From Polyangiales bacterium (GTDB lineage: Bacteria > Myxococcota_A > Polyangia > Polyangiales > Houyiibacteriaceae), in contig JBGCFM010000262.1 of the NCBI GenBank assembly GCA_045106895.1, positions 1 through 15,692 on the forward strand: a stretch of DNA of 15,692 nt, given 5' to 3'. Under the pieces are notes generated by a model. The model worked only from the letters and a program-made list of their open reading frames with translations, was not told the DNA's origin and made no database searches. A program made the position numbers and the translations under genes. Of this stretch, positions 1 through 7,461 are shown piece by piece (the stretch's first letter is position 1; every line of letters begins with the position of its first letter).

Positions 1-2
1 TG

Positions 3-935
3 TTGCGGATGCTCCGAGTTCGAAACGGCCAACTTCCAGCTCGTTGTGTGCCGAGTGCGCTCATCGCTGCGAGTGTGTTGGTCGCATGTGGGGCAGTGCC
101 GATGGAGGCCGCCACTCCTGAGCCAGAGGCACCATCAGTCGCTCCGGTGGAAGCGCCTTTTGGTCAACAAGTGAATACGGTCGTCAGCGTCCGACTGGCA
201 GACGTCCTTTCCTTCTACGAAGTCACTTATGCGCTCGGGCAACGAAGCGCGGAAGAGTGGCCTGGCTCGCCCGAAGCGTACATCGATGGATGGGTCGTGC
301 CTTTGGATGGCGAGTGCATGCTCTTTGAGAGCCATCTTGGCCTTGGGGACATGGCAACGTTGGCCAGCGCGCTCGGTCCACCGACGGAGGCGCACGTGGG
401 TGATCATGACGCGCTGCGCATTGGACCCATGGAGATTGTTGCGTTGCCAGACAGTCGCTTTCTCTGGGGCGCACAGCAGCATATTCAGCGCTGTGTCAGC
501 GTACTGCCCTCCTATGAGGATGCGCTACTTGGCCCCACTTCCGACGTGTTGGTTCACGTCCGATTCCGCGATCTTGCGTGGTTCCTCTCCCTGCTTGATC
601 TGTCGACGAGTGCGCCTTCCTCTCTCGAGCTCTCCATGACCCGTGATGGCACCTGGAGCGCTCGCTTCGAGTGGTCGGAACTTGGCGACGAGGCTGCTTT
701 TACGGACTTCCGAGAGCGCTTGCGGGCGCTGGCTGACACCGTTCGTCAGGAGCAAGACGCAACGAGTCGAGGATTTGCAAACGTACTGGCGACGGAACTC
801 CGCCAAGAAGGCTCAACGCTCGTCGCCGACTTTTCGTTGCCGCGGGAGATGGCGCAGGAGCTCGCCCGTGCCACGATAGGCTCTGTCCTGACACAGCAAG
901 TGCTTCTCACAACAGGGTACGTACCTGGTCAGTAG
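3..935 (+). CDS. Hypothetical protein, probable lipoprotein. Start uncertain: GTG at 48 is likely, or the gene may begin before the window.
   Basis: 310-codon ORF. From GTG 48 it reads MPSALIAASVLVA-C, a hydrophobic stretch with a lipobox-like LVAC, followed by a Pro/Glu/Ala linker (ATPEPEAPSVAPVEAP). No recognisable catalytic motif. Confidence 0.65.
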   Translation: MRMLRVRNGQLPARCVPSALIAASVLVACGAVPMEAATPEPEAPSVAPVEAPFGQQVNTVVSVRLADVLSFYEVTYALGQRSAEEWPGSPEAYIDGWVVPLDGECMLFESHLGLGDMATLASALGPPTEAHVGDHDALRIGPMEIVALPDSRFLWGAQQHIQRCVSVLPSYEDALLGPTSDVLVHVRFRDLAWFLSLLDLSTSAPSSLELSMTRDGTWSARFEWSELGDEAAFTDFRERLRALADTVRQEQDATSRGFANVLATELRQEGSTLVADFSLPREMAQELARATIGSVLTQQVLLTTGYVPGQ

Positions 936-1009
936 AGAAGCCTAAGAACATGTCGAATCACGCGCGACACGAAGGCCACTCCCGCCCCGTTCGTTTTGTG
1001 TTTGGACGC

Positions 1010-1015
1010 TATACT
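1010..1015 (+). promoter_or_regulatory. Candidate sigma70-type -10 box (TATACT) for the lipoprotein/beta-barrel pair
   Basis: TATACT, one mismatch from TATAAT, lies 16 nt upstream of GTG 1032 in a GC-rich background. No convincing -35. Confidence 0.35.
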
Positions 1016-1031
1016 TGGCAGGCTTAGCGTC

Positions 1032-1475
1032 GTGTACGCTCGCTGCCTCCTCTTGCTGATGATGGGCTGTGCTTCTTATTCGAGAGGCAGCGTGTTTCGC
1101 ATCGACGGCCTCGGCACACACCGTTTCGAGTGCCTCGACATGCAGGTCACTCCATTGTTCAACCTGGGCCGGTCCTGGGTTCCCATTCGCTATGAGTTTG
1201 GGAACCCGTGTCAGCGCACCGTAGACGTGGACCTTCGCATCGTGCGTGTTCAGGCCAGCCATGACGGCGAAGAGGTGTCCCTCGAGGCTTACGATCCGCA
1301 GTCGGAGATTCGCTCCGCCCGTCTGGACGGCGGAATGCAGGGGACCGAGACCATTGCCTACGAGATTCCCGAAGGTTGGGTAGGGCAGACCATTGTCGTC
1401 TGTGTCAACCTGGAGGGCGTGAGCGAGCACCTTGAAGACAACTCCCCCTTCTGTTTCGACTGGCGGGGAAACTAG
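1032..1475 (+). CDS. Hypothetical Cys-containing lipoprotein (about 147 aa; alternative TTG start at 996)
   Basis: From GTG 1032: MYARCLLLLMMG-CASY, a type II signal peptide. The mature part looks beta-rich and has four more Cys (ECLD, NPCQ, VVCV, PFCF). The stop lies 1 nt before the next start. Confidence 0.75.
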   Translation: MYARCLLLLMMGCASYSRGSVFRIDGLGTHRFECLDMQVTPLFNLGRSWVPIRYEFGNPCQRTVDVDLRIVRVQASHDGEEVSLEAYDPQSEIRSARLDGGMQGTETIAYEIPEGWVGQTIVVCVNLEGVSEHLEDNSPFCFDWRGN

Positions 1476-1476
1476 C

Positions 1477-2385
1477 GTGCGTGCACTTGCCGTTGCCGCC
1501 CTTGCCGCTCTGACGCTGAGTCACGCTTCGGCGAGGGCCCAGAGCTGCGAGAGCTCATCTTCCACGCCGCGTCCCGCTCAGGCTCGGCCCTCCGATCCCG
1601 CGCCACCTGCCTCGCCGGCTTCACCGGCGCCCGAGCCCAGCGCGCCGACCTTCGATTCGGACTCTTCGCCGAGCTTGGGTAGCGCTTCGTCTGGAACCAG
1701 CCGTATCCGCGCCCGACGCGCCGCCCGCCGAGAAGCACGCCTCGCCTGTGACCTCCAAGGCGGAATCGTCGGGGACTCGACCTGCACTCGCTTCGGCGAA
1801 TGGGACGCCGGCGAGCGCCGCCCGTGGACCTTTGGTCTGAACATCAGCACCCTTCGACTGGGACTGGACGACGTCGCTATCGCTGGGCGCGCCATGCACG
1901 ACAACCGCCCCCACGTGTGGAACGCCGACAACCTCGAAGACGGCCCGGGCGTCAGCGTCGCGGCTCGCGCCCAGCTCTTCGTCCTCTCTCATTTGTACCT
2001 CGGCGTCGAAGCCTCCTTCGGCGGCATCTCCATGGACGGCGACACCGAAGGGGACGCCGCCACCGTTGACCTCGACCGCGCTTTGGTGGTCGGTGGCGGA
2101 CTGCTCGTCGGAACCAGCGTTGGCCTCGGCCGGTTTCGCTTCGACCTGGAAGCGATGGGCGGGCGGCGGCGCGTGATGATTCGGGGAACCAGCGTTGCAG
2201 AAGACTGCATCATCACCCTCCACGAATCTTTCGGACAATGGACCCTCCGCGGCGGCGCCGGCGTCAGCTACTTTTTACGCCCAACGATCTCCGTCGGCGT
2301 TCAGGCGCGATACGGATTCCTGCAGAACGAAGTCAACGCGGCGCTGAGCATCACCATGCACTCGCGGGCGTACAACGCGCGTTAG
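1477..2385 (+). CDS. Secreted protein with probable C-terminal outer-membrane beta-barrel
   Basis: GTG 1477 gives the signal peptide MRALAVAALAALTLSHASARA-Q, then a Pro/Ser linker. The C-terminal region has alternating amphipathic Gly/aromatic strands (LYLGVEASFG, FRFDLEAMGG, WTLRGGAGVSYF, ISVGVQARY, VNAALSITMH). Confidence 0.75.
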   Translation: MRALAVAALAALTLSHASARAQSCESSSSTPRPAQARPSDPAPPASPASPAPEPSAPTFDSDSSPSLGSASSGTSRIRARRAARREARLACDLQGGIVGDSTCTRFGEWDAGERRPWTFGLNISTLRLGLDDVAIAGRAMHDNRPHVWNADNLEDGPGVSVAARAQLFVLSHLYLGVEASFGGISMDGDTEGDAATVDLDRALVVGGGLLVGTSVGLGRFRFDLEAMGGRRRVMIRGTSVAEDCIITLHESFGQWTLRGGAGVSYFLRPTISVGVQARYGFLQNEVNAALSITMHSRAYNAR

Positions 2386-2405
2386 CGCGAGATCAGAGAC
2401 GCGCC

Positions 2406-3080
2406 CTACTCACCCAAGAGCTCGCTGAGCTTGAGGTCGATGCGCACGAGGTCCTTCGCTTTGTTCACGCGCATCCGCGCATCCACGCCGAGATGCTCTT
2501 CGATGGAGCGGGCAGTTTCTCGCGCGACACGTGTCTCGCGTCGCGTAGCTTTCGGAAGCGCGGCGCGGCCCGCGCCCATCTTGAGTACCTGCACCATGCC
2601 CGCTACGTCGGTGGCGCTCAGCGTGCTCAAAGCGCGCGGCGGAGTTCCGATCTTTCCGTCGCTCTGGGCTATGACTTTGGCGCTTCGGCGGAGCTTCGCG
2701 ACGCGCACGTACTGGACGAGGTGAAACGCTTTTTCGATGCCGAGGCGGAGTGCGAGGACCTCGGGGTATTCACGCGCGACGGCCATGTAGCGATGCGCCG
2801 TCGCCGCGGGCATCACCTCGGCGTTGAGGAACGCTGCGAAGTCCCGGGCACCAAAGGCCTCGATGACCTCGGTGCGCTCGAGAGCGATGAGCTCCTTGCC
2901 CACGGCGTAGTACTCCGCGTCAGCGGAGCGAAGCCCCTTGACGATGCGTTTGATTGCACGCCGTGCTCGCACTTTTACCGAGGGCCGCGGCTGGGGTGTA
3001 CGCGGTGGGGTGGGCCGGGAAATCTCGACGCGAGGCCGAAGGACGTCGCCGGGAAGCGTGATCAGGGGTCTGCGCGGCAT
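2406..3080 (-). CDS. Basic DUF3102-like putative DNA-binding protein (224 aa; alternative GTG start at 3113)
   Basis: YYAVGKELIAL...FGARDFAAFLNAEVMPAATAHRYMAVAREY fits the DUF3102-type pattern (IG..L......F..WL......TA.RYM..A) as I recall it. The protein is Arg/Lys-rich. ATG 3080 is supported by an extended -10 box 7 nt upstream. Confidence 0.7.
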   Translation of the reverse strand: MPRRPLITLPGDVLRPRVEISRPTPPRTPQPRPSVKVRARRAIKRIVKGLRSADAEYYAVGKELIALERTEVIEAFGARDFAAFLNAEVMPAATAHRYMAVAREYPEVLALRLGIEKAFHLVQYVRVAKLRRSAKVIAQSDGKIGTPPRALSTLSATDVAGMVQVLKMGAGRAALPKATRRETRVARETARSIEEHLGVDARMRVNKAKDLVRIDLKLSELLGE

Positions 3081-3087
3081 GTCGACG

Positions 3088-3096
3088 ATGATACCA
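3088..3096 (-). promoter_or_regulatory. Extended -10 promoter (TGgTATCAT), predicting a leaderless transcript starting at or near ATG 3080
   Basis: The minus strand reads TGG-TATCAT-CGTCGAC-ATG: TGn plus TAnnnT, a 7-nt spacer, and no Shine-Dalgarno sequence. Confidence 0.6.
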
Positions 3097-3225
3097 GGGT
3101 GACGATCGCGCACTTTTCAGAACGCCAAACTCGGCACCCAGAATGACCAAAAGAGCCACAGCGGTCTCGTTCTGACTATATCCGCAACGCGAGGTGCAGT
3201 TCTAGGTGCTAGAATTTGTCACGCT

Positions 3226-4059
3226 TCAAGGAAGCAAACGCGACCAAAGCGGACGCGTCATGAGCAAGCTCTTGAACATGAGCGCAGGGCCGAGCTTCTT
3301 CTTGCTGCGCAGGAAGTCGTACTGGCCGCGAAGGAAGTCCGCTCCGAGGAACGCGTAGGCGAGGTCCTGCGACTCACGGGCGTTGATGGCGCGTAGCTCG
3401 TCGACGGTCATGCCGGCCTTGAAGCTGCGCTCGCGGCCCTCGTTGATCCACGACTTGGCGAGCACTTGCGCTTCTTTCATGAGCGAGTCGTGCGGCACGA
3501 CGGCATCGGCGAGACCGATGTCGACGGCTTCGGCGCCCGTCGGTTGCCATCCTTCGGCGCCGAGCATTCGCTCCGCGCTCTCGGCCCCGAGGAGCTTCGG
3601 AAACAGGACGCTTGAGCAGCCTTCCGGCGTGACGCCAAGCTTCGCGAAGGGCGTCGAAAAGGTCGCGCTCTCGCTCGCTAAGATAGCGTCGCACAGCGTC
3701 GCCGAGGTGACGCTTGCGCCGATGGCGGGGCCGTTGACGACGATGAGGATGGGCTTAGGAAAGCCCAGGAAGATCTCGAAGAGGGTCTCGTTCTGTTCGG
3801 CGATGAAGGCGTGGAGCTTCGCAGGGTGGTCCGGCGCCATCACCGCGCTGAGGTTCACGCCGGCGCAGTAGTAGGGGTCGGTGCCCGTGAGGATGACGAC
3901 CTTCGTCGCATCGTCGCCGGACGCACGCGTCAGCGAAGCCCGAAGCTCCGTAAGCATGTCCATGGTCCAGCCGTTGAGCTTGCGCGGGTTGTTCATCGTG
4001 AGGGTGGTGACGCCCTCGTTCGACTCCCAGAGGACCAAATCATTTTTTGCTGCGCTCAT
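3226..4059 (-). CDS. Crotonase-family enoyl-CoA hydratase/isomerase, most like ECI2/PECI-type delta3,delta2-enoyl-CoA isomerase
   Basis: Crotonase motifs TLTMNNPRKLNG, YYCAGVNL and FPKPILIVVNGPAIG, plus the ECI2-like FSTPFAKLGVTPEGCSS with the catalytic Glu. RBS GAGG lies 7 nt before the ATG. Confidence 0.92.
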   Translation of the reverse strand: MSAAKNDLVLWESNEGVTTLTMNNPRKLNGWTMDMLTELRASLTRASGDDATKVVILTGTDPYYCAGVNLSAVMAPDHPAKLHAFIAEQNETLFEIFLGFPKPILIVVNGPAIGASVTSATLCDAILASESATFSTPFAKLGVTPEGCSSVLFPKLLGAESAERMLGAEGWQPTGAEAVDIGLADAVVPHDSLMKEAQVLAKSWINEGRERSFKAGMTVDELRAINARESQDLAYAFLGADFLRGQYDFLRSKKKLGPALMFKSLLMTRPLWSRLLP

Positions 4060-4150
4060 GGTTTTTCCTCGCTTGGTGGACGCGAGACCATTGTTGCTTT
4101 CCGGCGGTGTCGCAAGCGCTCGGCGCTCAACGGCGCATGTCGTCGGCGCG

Positions 4151-5167
4151 TTAGCGCACGCTCACGGAGTGCCCTCGAAAGTATGCCGCGCGCGCCAGCG
4201 TCGCGGCGTGAACTGCCTCGCAGGCAGAACGCTCGAAGAACAGATCGCGCTGTCCGAGGAGGACTTCTCCGTCGCCAAAGTAGAGCGCCACACCGATGTT
4301 CATCCGCCCCCGAACTAGGCTGACTTCGCGTTCACCTTCGTCGGCGAACAGGGTGGTGCTCTCTCCTCGAAACGCACGCAGGTCGAAAGGAGCGAGAGCG
4401 TAGTTCAAGGTGGACTCTCTTCGACGTCCTTCCACGAGCTCCGAGTAACGCAGCACGAGCTCTGGCCCCTCTCGACTGGCCTCGACGGCAACACACTCTC
4501 TGTCGCCGTCCATCCACATTCGGCCGCGACTTCCAAGGCGCTGAAACCGGAGAAACGTTCGTTGACGCGACGCCTCGTCGGCCTGGTCCGGATGCGTGAC
4601 GCGCCGAAGTTTGCGCGCAGAGGTGGCCACGGACGAGGCGCAATCGCCGAAGGAGAAACGAGCCAAGCACGTCTCCTCCGTGCACGCTTGAGCTTCGCAG
4701 GAAGCGAGGTCCTCAAAGAGTCGCACGCCTGCGAAGGATGAACTCGACGTGGACAAGGGCCGGCGCTCCGCGTTGCACGCGTGTTCCAGCGAAAGCCCCG
4801 AACGACGAAACCCGCCTGCCGTGAGCGCGCCTTCTCGCGCCAAATAGAACACCGTGCCCTCGCTTGAATGAACGCCGCCGTTGGCATGAAGCGCGTACTC
4901 GGTGAACTCCGTGCCGCCTTCTCTCCGCACGACGCGAACGTCCAAAGGTCTGCATTCGGCGTCGAGGAACCAGTAGCGACCTGGGCGCAGCTCCGTCTGC
5001 TCCGGCGCCCGCGAGATGGCTTCCTCCTCCGCGGGGGCGTCCTCGGACTGAGACGTCGAATCACAGTGGACAAGAGGCGCCGGCGGAGTTGGATGCGCCG
5101 TCGCAGCGGACACACAACCGAGCGACATGGCCAGCGGCAGAAGAAGGACTGTGCTTCGAGGCATCAT
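4151..5167 (-). CDS. Hypothetical Cys-rich lipoprotein with an internal domain duplication (start 5164, 5167 or 5188)
   Basis: Signal peptide with lipobox MMPRSTVLLLPLAMSLG-C, then an acidic/Pro linker. Two similar units each run from GRxW...EC to LF.....CEA. Confidence 0.7.
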   Translation of the reverse strand: MMPRSTVLLLPLAMSLGCVSAATAHPTPPAPLVHCDSTSQSEDAPAEEEAISRAPEQTELRPGRYWFLDAECRPLDVRVVRREGGTEFTEYALHANGGVHSSEGTVFYLAREGALTAGGFRRSGLSLEHACNAERRPLSTSSSSFAGVRLFEDLASCEAQACTEETCLARFSFGDCASSVATSARKLRRVTHPDQADEASRQRTFLRFQRLGSRGRMWMDGDRECVAVEASREGPELVLRYSELVEGRRRESTLNYALAPFDLRAFRGESTTLFADEGEREVSLVRGRMNIGVALYFGDGEVLLGQRDLFFERSACEAVHAATLARAAYFRGHSVSVR

Positions 5168-5293
5168 TCGCGTGCGCGTCATGCGCATGAGTGTTCACCC
5201 AGCGCCCGAAGTTCCGAAGACCGGAGCCCTTCGACGGAGGGCCCGATGCGTCGACTCGAAGAGACACGAGCTCAGAGGCGCTGCTCTGCTCTC

Positions 5294-6265
5294 CTACTCC
5301 CGCGGCGCGGCGGCTCGACGCAGGCGGTCGTTGATCGCTTCTCCAAGACCGCGGTCCGGCACCGGCATGATGGAAATCGTGGGCGCGCCGGAGGCATCGA
5401 GGAGCCTCAACATTCGGTAGAGGTTCGCCGCAGCCTCAACGAGGTCACCGGACTTAGAGAGGTTCTTGGCGTCCGCCGGCGCCCTTGGGCCAAAGCCAAG
5501 AAGCACTTCATCGGCGCCAGCGTTGGTGGCGTTCAATCGGATCTTGGCGCGGGGCGCGTAGTGCGACTGCAGCTGACCTGGCGCCACAATGTTCGCCGCC
5601 GCCGGTTTCGAGAGCGGCCCGACGATGGCCTCGATATCCTCTCGTGCGATGGCGCCGGGGCGCAGGAGCATGGCCGGCGAGTCTCCCGTGACAGCGATGA
5701 TCGTCGACTCGATGCCTGCGCGGCACGCGCCCCCATCGAGGACGAGCTCCACGGCCTCACCGAGCTCCGCCGCGACCTCTGACGCGCGCGTCGGACTGAG
5801 ACGCCCCGAAGGATTTGCCGAAGGCGCCGAAAGCGGACCGTCGAAGGACGCGAGGAGCGAGAGCGCGAGGGGGTGCGCCGGGACACGAAGCGCCAGCGTC
5901 GAGAGACCCGCGCGGGCGAGCTCGCAGGTGTGGCCGCCTTCCGCCGCGGGAACAACGAGGGTGAGAGGCCCGGGCCAGAACGCCTCCGCCAGCGCCTCGG
6001 CGCGCGCATCCATGACGCCTTCGCGCCGCGCCATGTCCAGGGAGGGCACGTGAGAGATGAGCGGGTTAAAGCTCGGGCGCGCTTTGGCGGCGTAGATCGC
6101 GGCGACGGCCTTGGGGTCACTCGCGTCGGCGGCGAGGCCATAGACGGTTTCCGTGGGCATGCCGATGACGGCGCCGCGCCGGAGCGCAGCCACCGCAAGG
6201 GCCATGCCGTCGTCTCCGGCGACGATGGGTGAAGCTGCGATGCGTGCGTCGTGCCCTTCGCTCAT
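5294..6265 (-). CDS. sua5: L-threonylcarbamoyladenylate synthase, Sua5 type (YrdC domain plus SUA5 domain), 323 aa
   Basis: Motifs PTETVYGL, KARPSFNPLISH, FWPGPLT, APSANPSG, GIESTI, LLRPG, linker APGQLQSHYAP and C-terminal INDRLRRAA. ATG 6265 overlaps the pyrC stop (ATGA). Confidence 0.96.
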   Translation of the reverse strand: MSEGHDARIAASPIVAGDDGMALAVAALRRGAVIGMPTETVYGLAADASDPKAVAAIYAAKARPSFNPLISHVPSLDMARREGVMDARAEALAEAFWPGPLTLVVPAAEGGHTCELARAGLSTLALRVPAHPLALSLLASFDGPLSAPSANPSGRLSPTRASEVAAELGEAVELVLDGGACRAGIESTIIAVTGDSPAMLLRPGAIAREDIEAIVGPLSKPAAANIVAPGQLQSHYAPRAKIRLNATNAGADEVLLGFGPRAPADAKNLSKSGDLVEAAANLYRMLRLLDASGAPTISIMPVPDRGLGEAINDRLRRAAAPRE

Positions 6266-7332
6266 GCCGCCCCTGTGAAGGCGGCGCCTACAAAGCGCCA
6301 AGGAAGAGTCGTCCCGGCATGGAAGGGCCGTACTTGTTCGTCGCCGGCCTGAATGTTCTCGGGCACCAGCACGGGAGTCTCTTCGAGGACGACCTTGTCT
6401 TCGTTGAGCGGCAAGCGGTAGAACGCGGGCCCAAACTCCGAAGCGAAGCCTTCGAGCTTGTCCAGGGCGTCTTCCTCCGCGAAGACCTTGGCATACGACT
6501 CGAGCGCGAAGGGCGCATTGAAGATGCCCGCGCAGCCGCACGCTGACTCCTTGGCGGCGAGCACATGAGGCGCCGAGTCTGTGCCCAGGAAGAACTTCGC
6601 GTTGCCCGACGTCGCCGCGGCGCGAAGGGCCAGCCGGTGTCGCTCGCGCTTCGCCGTGGGCAAGCAATACATATGCGGGCGCAAGCCGCCGTCGAAGATG
6701 GCGTTGCGATTGATCTCCAAGTGGTGCGGCGTGATCGTCGCGCCGATGTTTGGCCCTTGGGCGGCGACAAAGTCCGCCGCGTCCTGCGTCGTGATGTGTT
6801 CGAGGACCACGCGGAGCGCCGGGTAACGCTTCAGCAGCGGCGTAAGAACCGTCTCCACGAACACGGCTTCGCGATCGAAGATGTCCACCTCCGGCGACGT
6901 CACCTCACCGTGGATGAGCAAAGGCATATCGATGCGCTGCATCGTCTCGAGGACCTTCTCAACAGCGGCGATACTCGTCACGCCATGCTGCGAGTTCGTC
7001 GTCGCCCGCGCGGGGTAGAGCTTGCACGCCGTGAGCACGCCCTCTTCGAAGCCGCGCGCGATCTCCGCCTCGTCGATGGTGTCCGTGAGGTACGCCGTCA
7101 TCAATGGCTCGAAGTGAGTGTCCGTCGGGAGCGCGGCGAGGATCCGTTCTTTGTATTCTCGCGCGCGTTCAACGCTCGTGATGGGCTCCGGCAAGTTCGG
7201 CATGACGATGGCGCGCCGAAACTGGTTCGCCGTGTACGCCGCAACGGCGCCGAGCATCTCGCCATCACGCAGATGGACGTGCCAGTCGTCGGGGCGGCGA
7301 ATCACGAGGCGCTTCGGGTTTGGCGTCGACAT
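6262..7332 (-). CDS. pyrC: Dihydroorotase, homodimeric E. coli-like type
   Basis: Metal-binding and catalytic motifs DWHVHLRD, VMPNL, KLYP (carboxylated Lys), loop ATTNS, LIHGE, LEHITT, YCLP and FLGTDSAPH; 356 aa. Confidence 0.97.
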   Translation of the reverse strand: MSTPNPKRLVIRRPDDWHVHLRDGEMLGAVAAYTANQFRRAIVMPNLPEPITSVERAREYKERILAALPTDTHFEPLMTAYLTDTIDEAEIARGFEEGVLTACKLYPARATTNSQHGVTSIAAVEKVLETMQRIDMPLLIHGEVTSPEVDIFDREAVFVETVLTPLLKRYPALRVVLEHITTQDAADFVAAQGPNIGATITPHHLEINRNAIFDGGLRPHMYCLPTAKRERHRLALRAAATSGNAKFFLGTDSAPHVLAAKESACGCAGIFNAPFALESYAKVFAEEDALDKLEGFASEFGPAFYRLPLNEDKVVLEETPVLVPENIQAGDEQVRPFHAGTTLPWRFVGAAFTGAA

Positions 7333-7351
7333 GAGTCGAACCTTTCACGAA

Positions 7352-7433
7352 CCGGACGCGAGGAAAAGGCGGCACGTCGCACGATGCGCGCATCTTTGTG
7401 CAAACATTGCCCCCACCGGCTTTTTTCGTCCGG
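7352..7433. repeat. Nested imperfect inverted repeat in the divergent pyrC/lipoprotein intergenic region
   Basis: CCGGACG (7352-7358) is the exact reverse complement of CGTCCGG (7427-7433). The inner GAAAAG and CTTTTT tracts can extend the pairing. A perfect 12-bp palindrome GATGCGCGCATC lies at 7383-7394. Confidence 0.5.
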
Positions 7434-7461
7434 CATCGACAAATCTGAGCTATGCACACGA

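Noticed and set aside
2238..3146. 302-aa + strand ORF, and similar long antisense ORFs at 4868..5782, 8281..9120, 10089..10925 and 13614..14360
   Set aside because: Each lies opposite a better-supported gene. Long stop-free antisense frames are expected in high-GC coding DNA, and none shows a domain motif.
5226..5242. Hairpin GCCCTTC-GAC-GGAGGGC downstream of sua5, and GCCTTC-N5-GAAGGC at 13353-13369
   Set aside because: Short stems without a U-tract on the relevant strand, so they cannot be called intrinsic terminators.
6266..6667. 134-codon N-terminal extension of the Sua5 ORF, suggesting a fusion or frameshift with pyrC
   Set aside because: It overlaps pyrC out of frame and is Arg-rich and not protein-like. 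PyrC is complete, and the ATGA overlap explains the junction.
7328..7346. GGTTCGACTC on the minus strand, resembling a tRNA T-loop
   Set aside because: The flanks (AAAGG and CATGT) cannot form the T-stem, there is no cloverleaf, and it runs into the pyrC start codon.
7408..7417. 10-mer TGCCCCCACC shared with 13373-13382, both upstream of minus-strand genes
   Set aside because: It is low-complexity and GC-rich, lies at different distances from the two starts and has only two copies, which is compatible with chance.
6565..7461. N-terminal 299 codons of the 472-aa + strand ORF 6565..7983
   Set aside because: It is the antisense shadow of pyrC plus the intergenic region. The signal peptide starts at ATG 7462.
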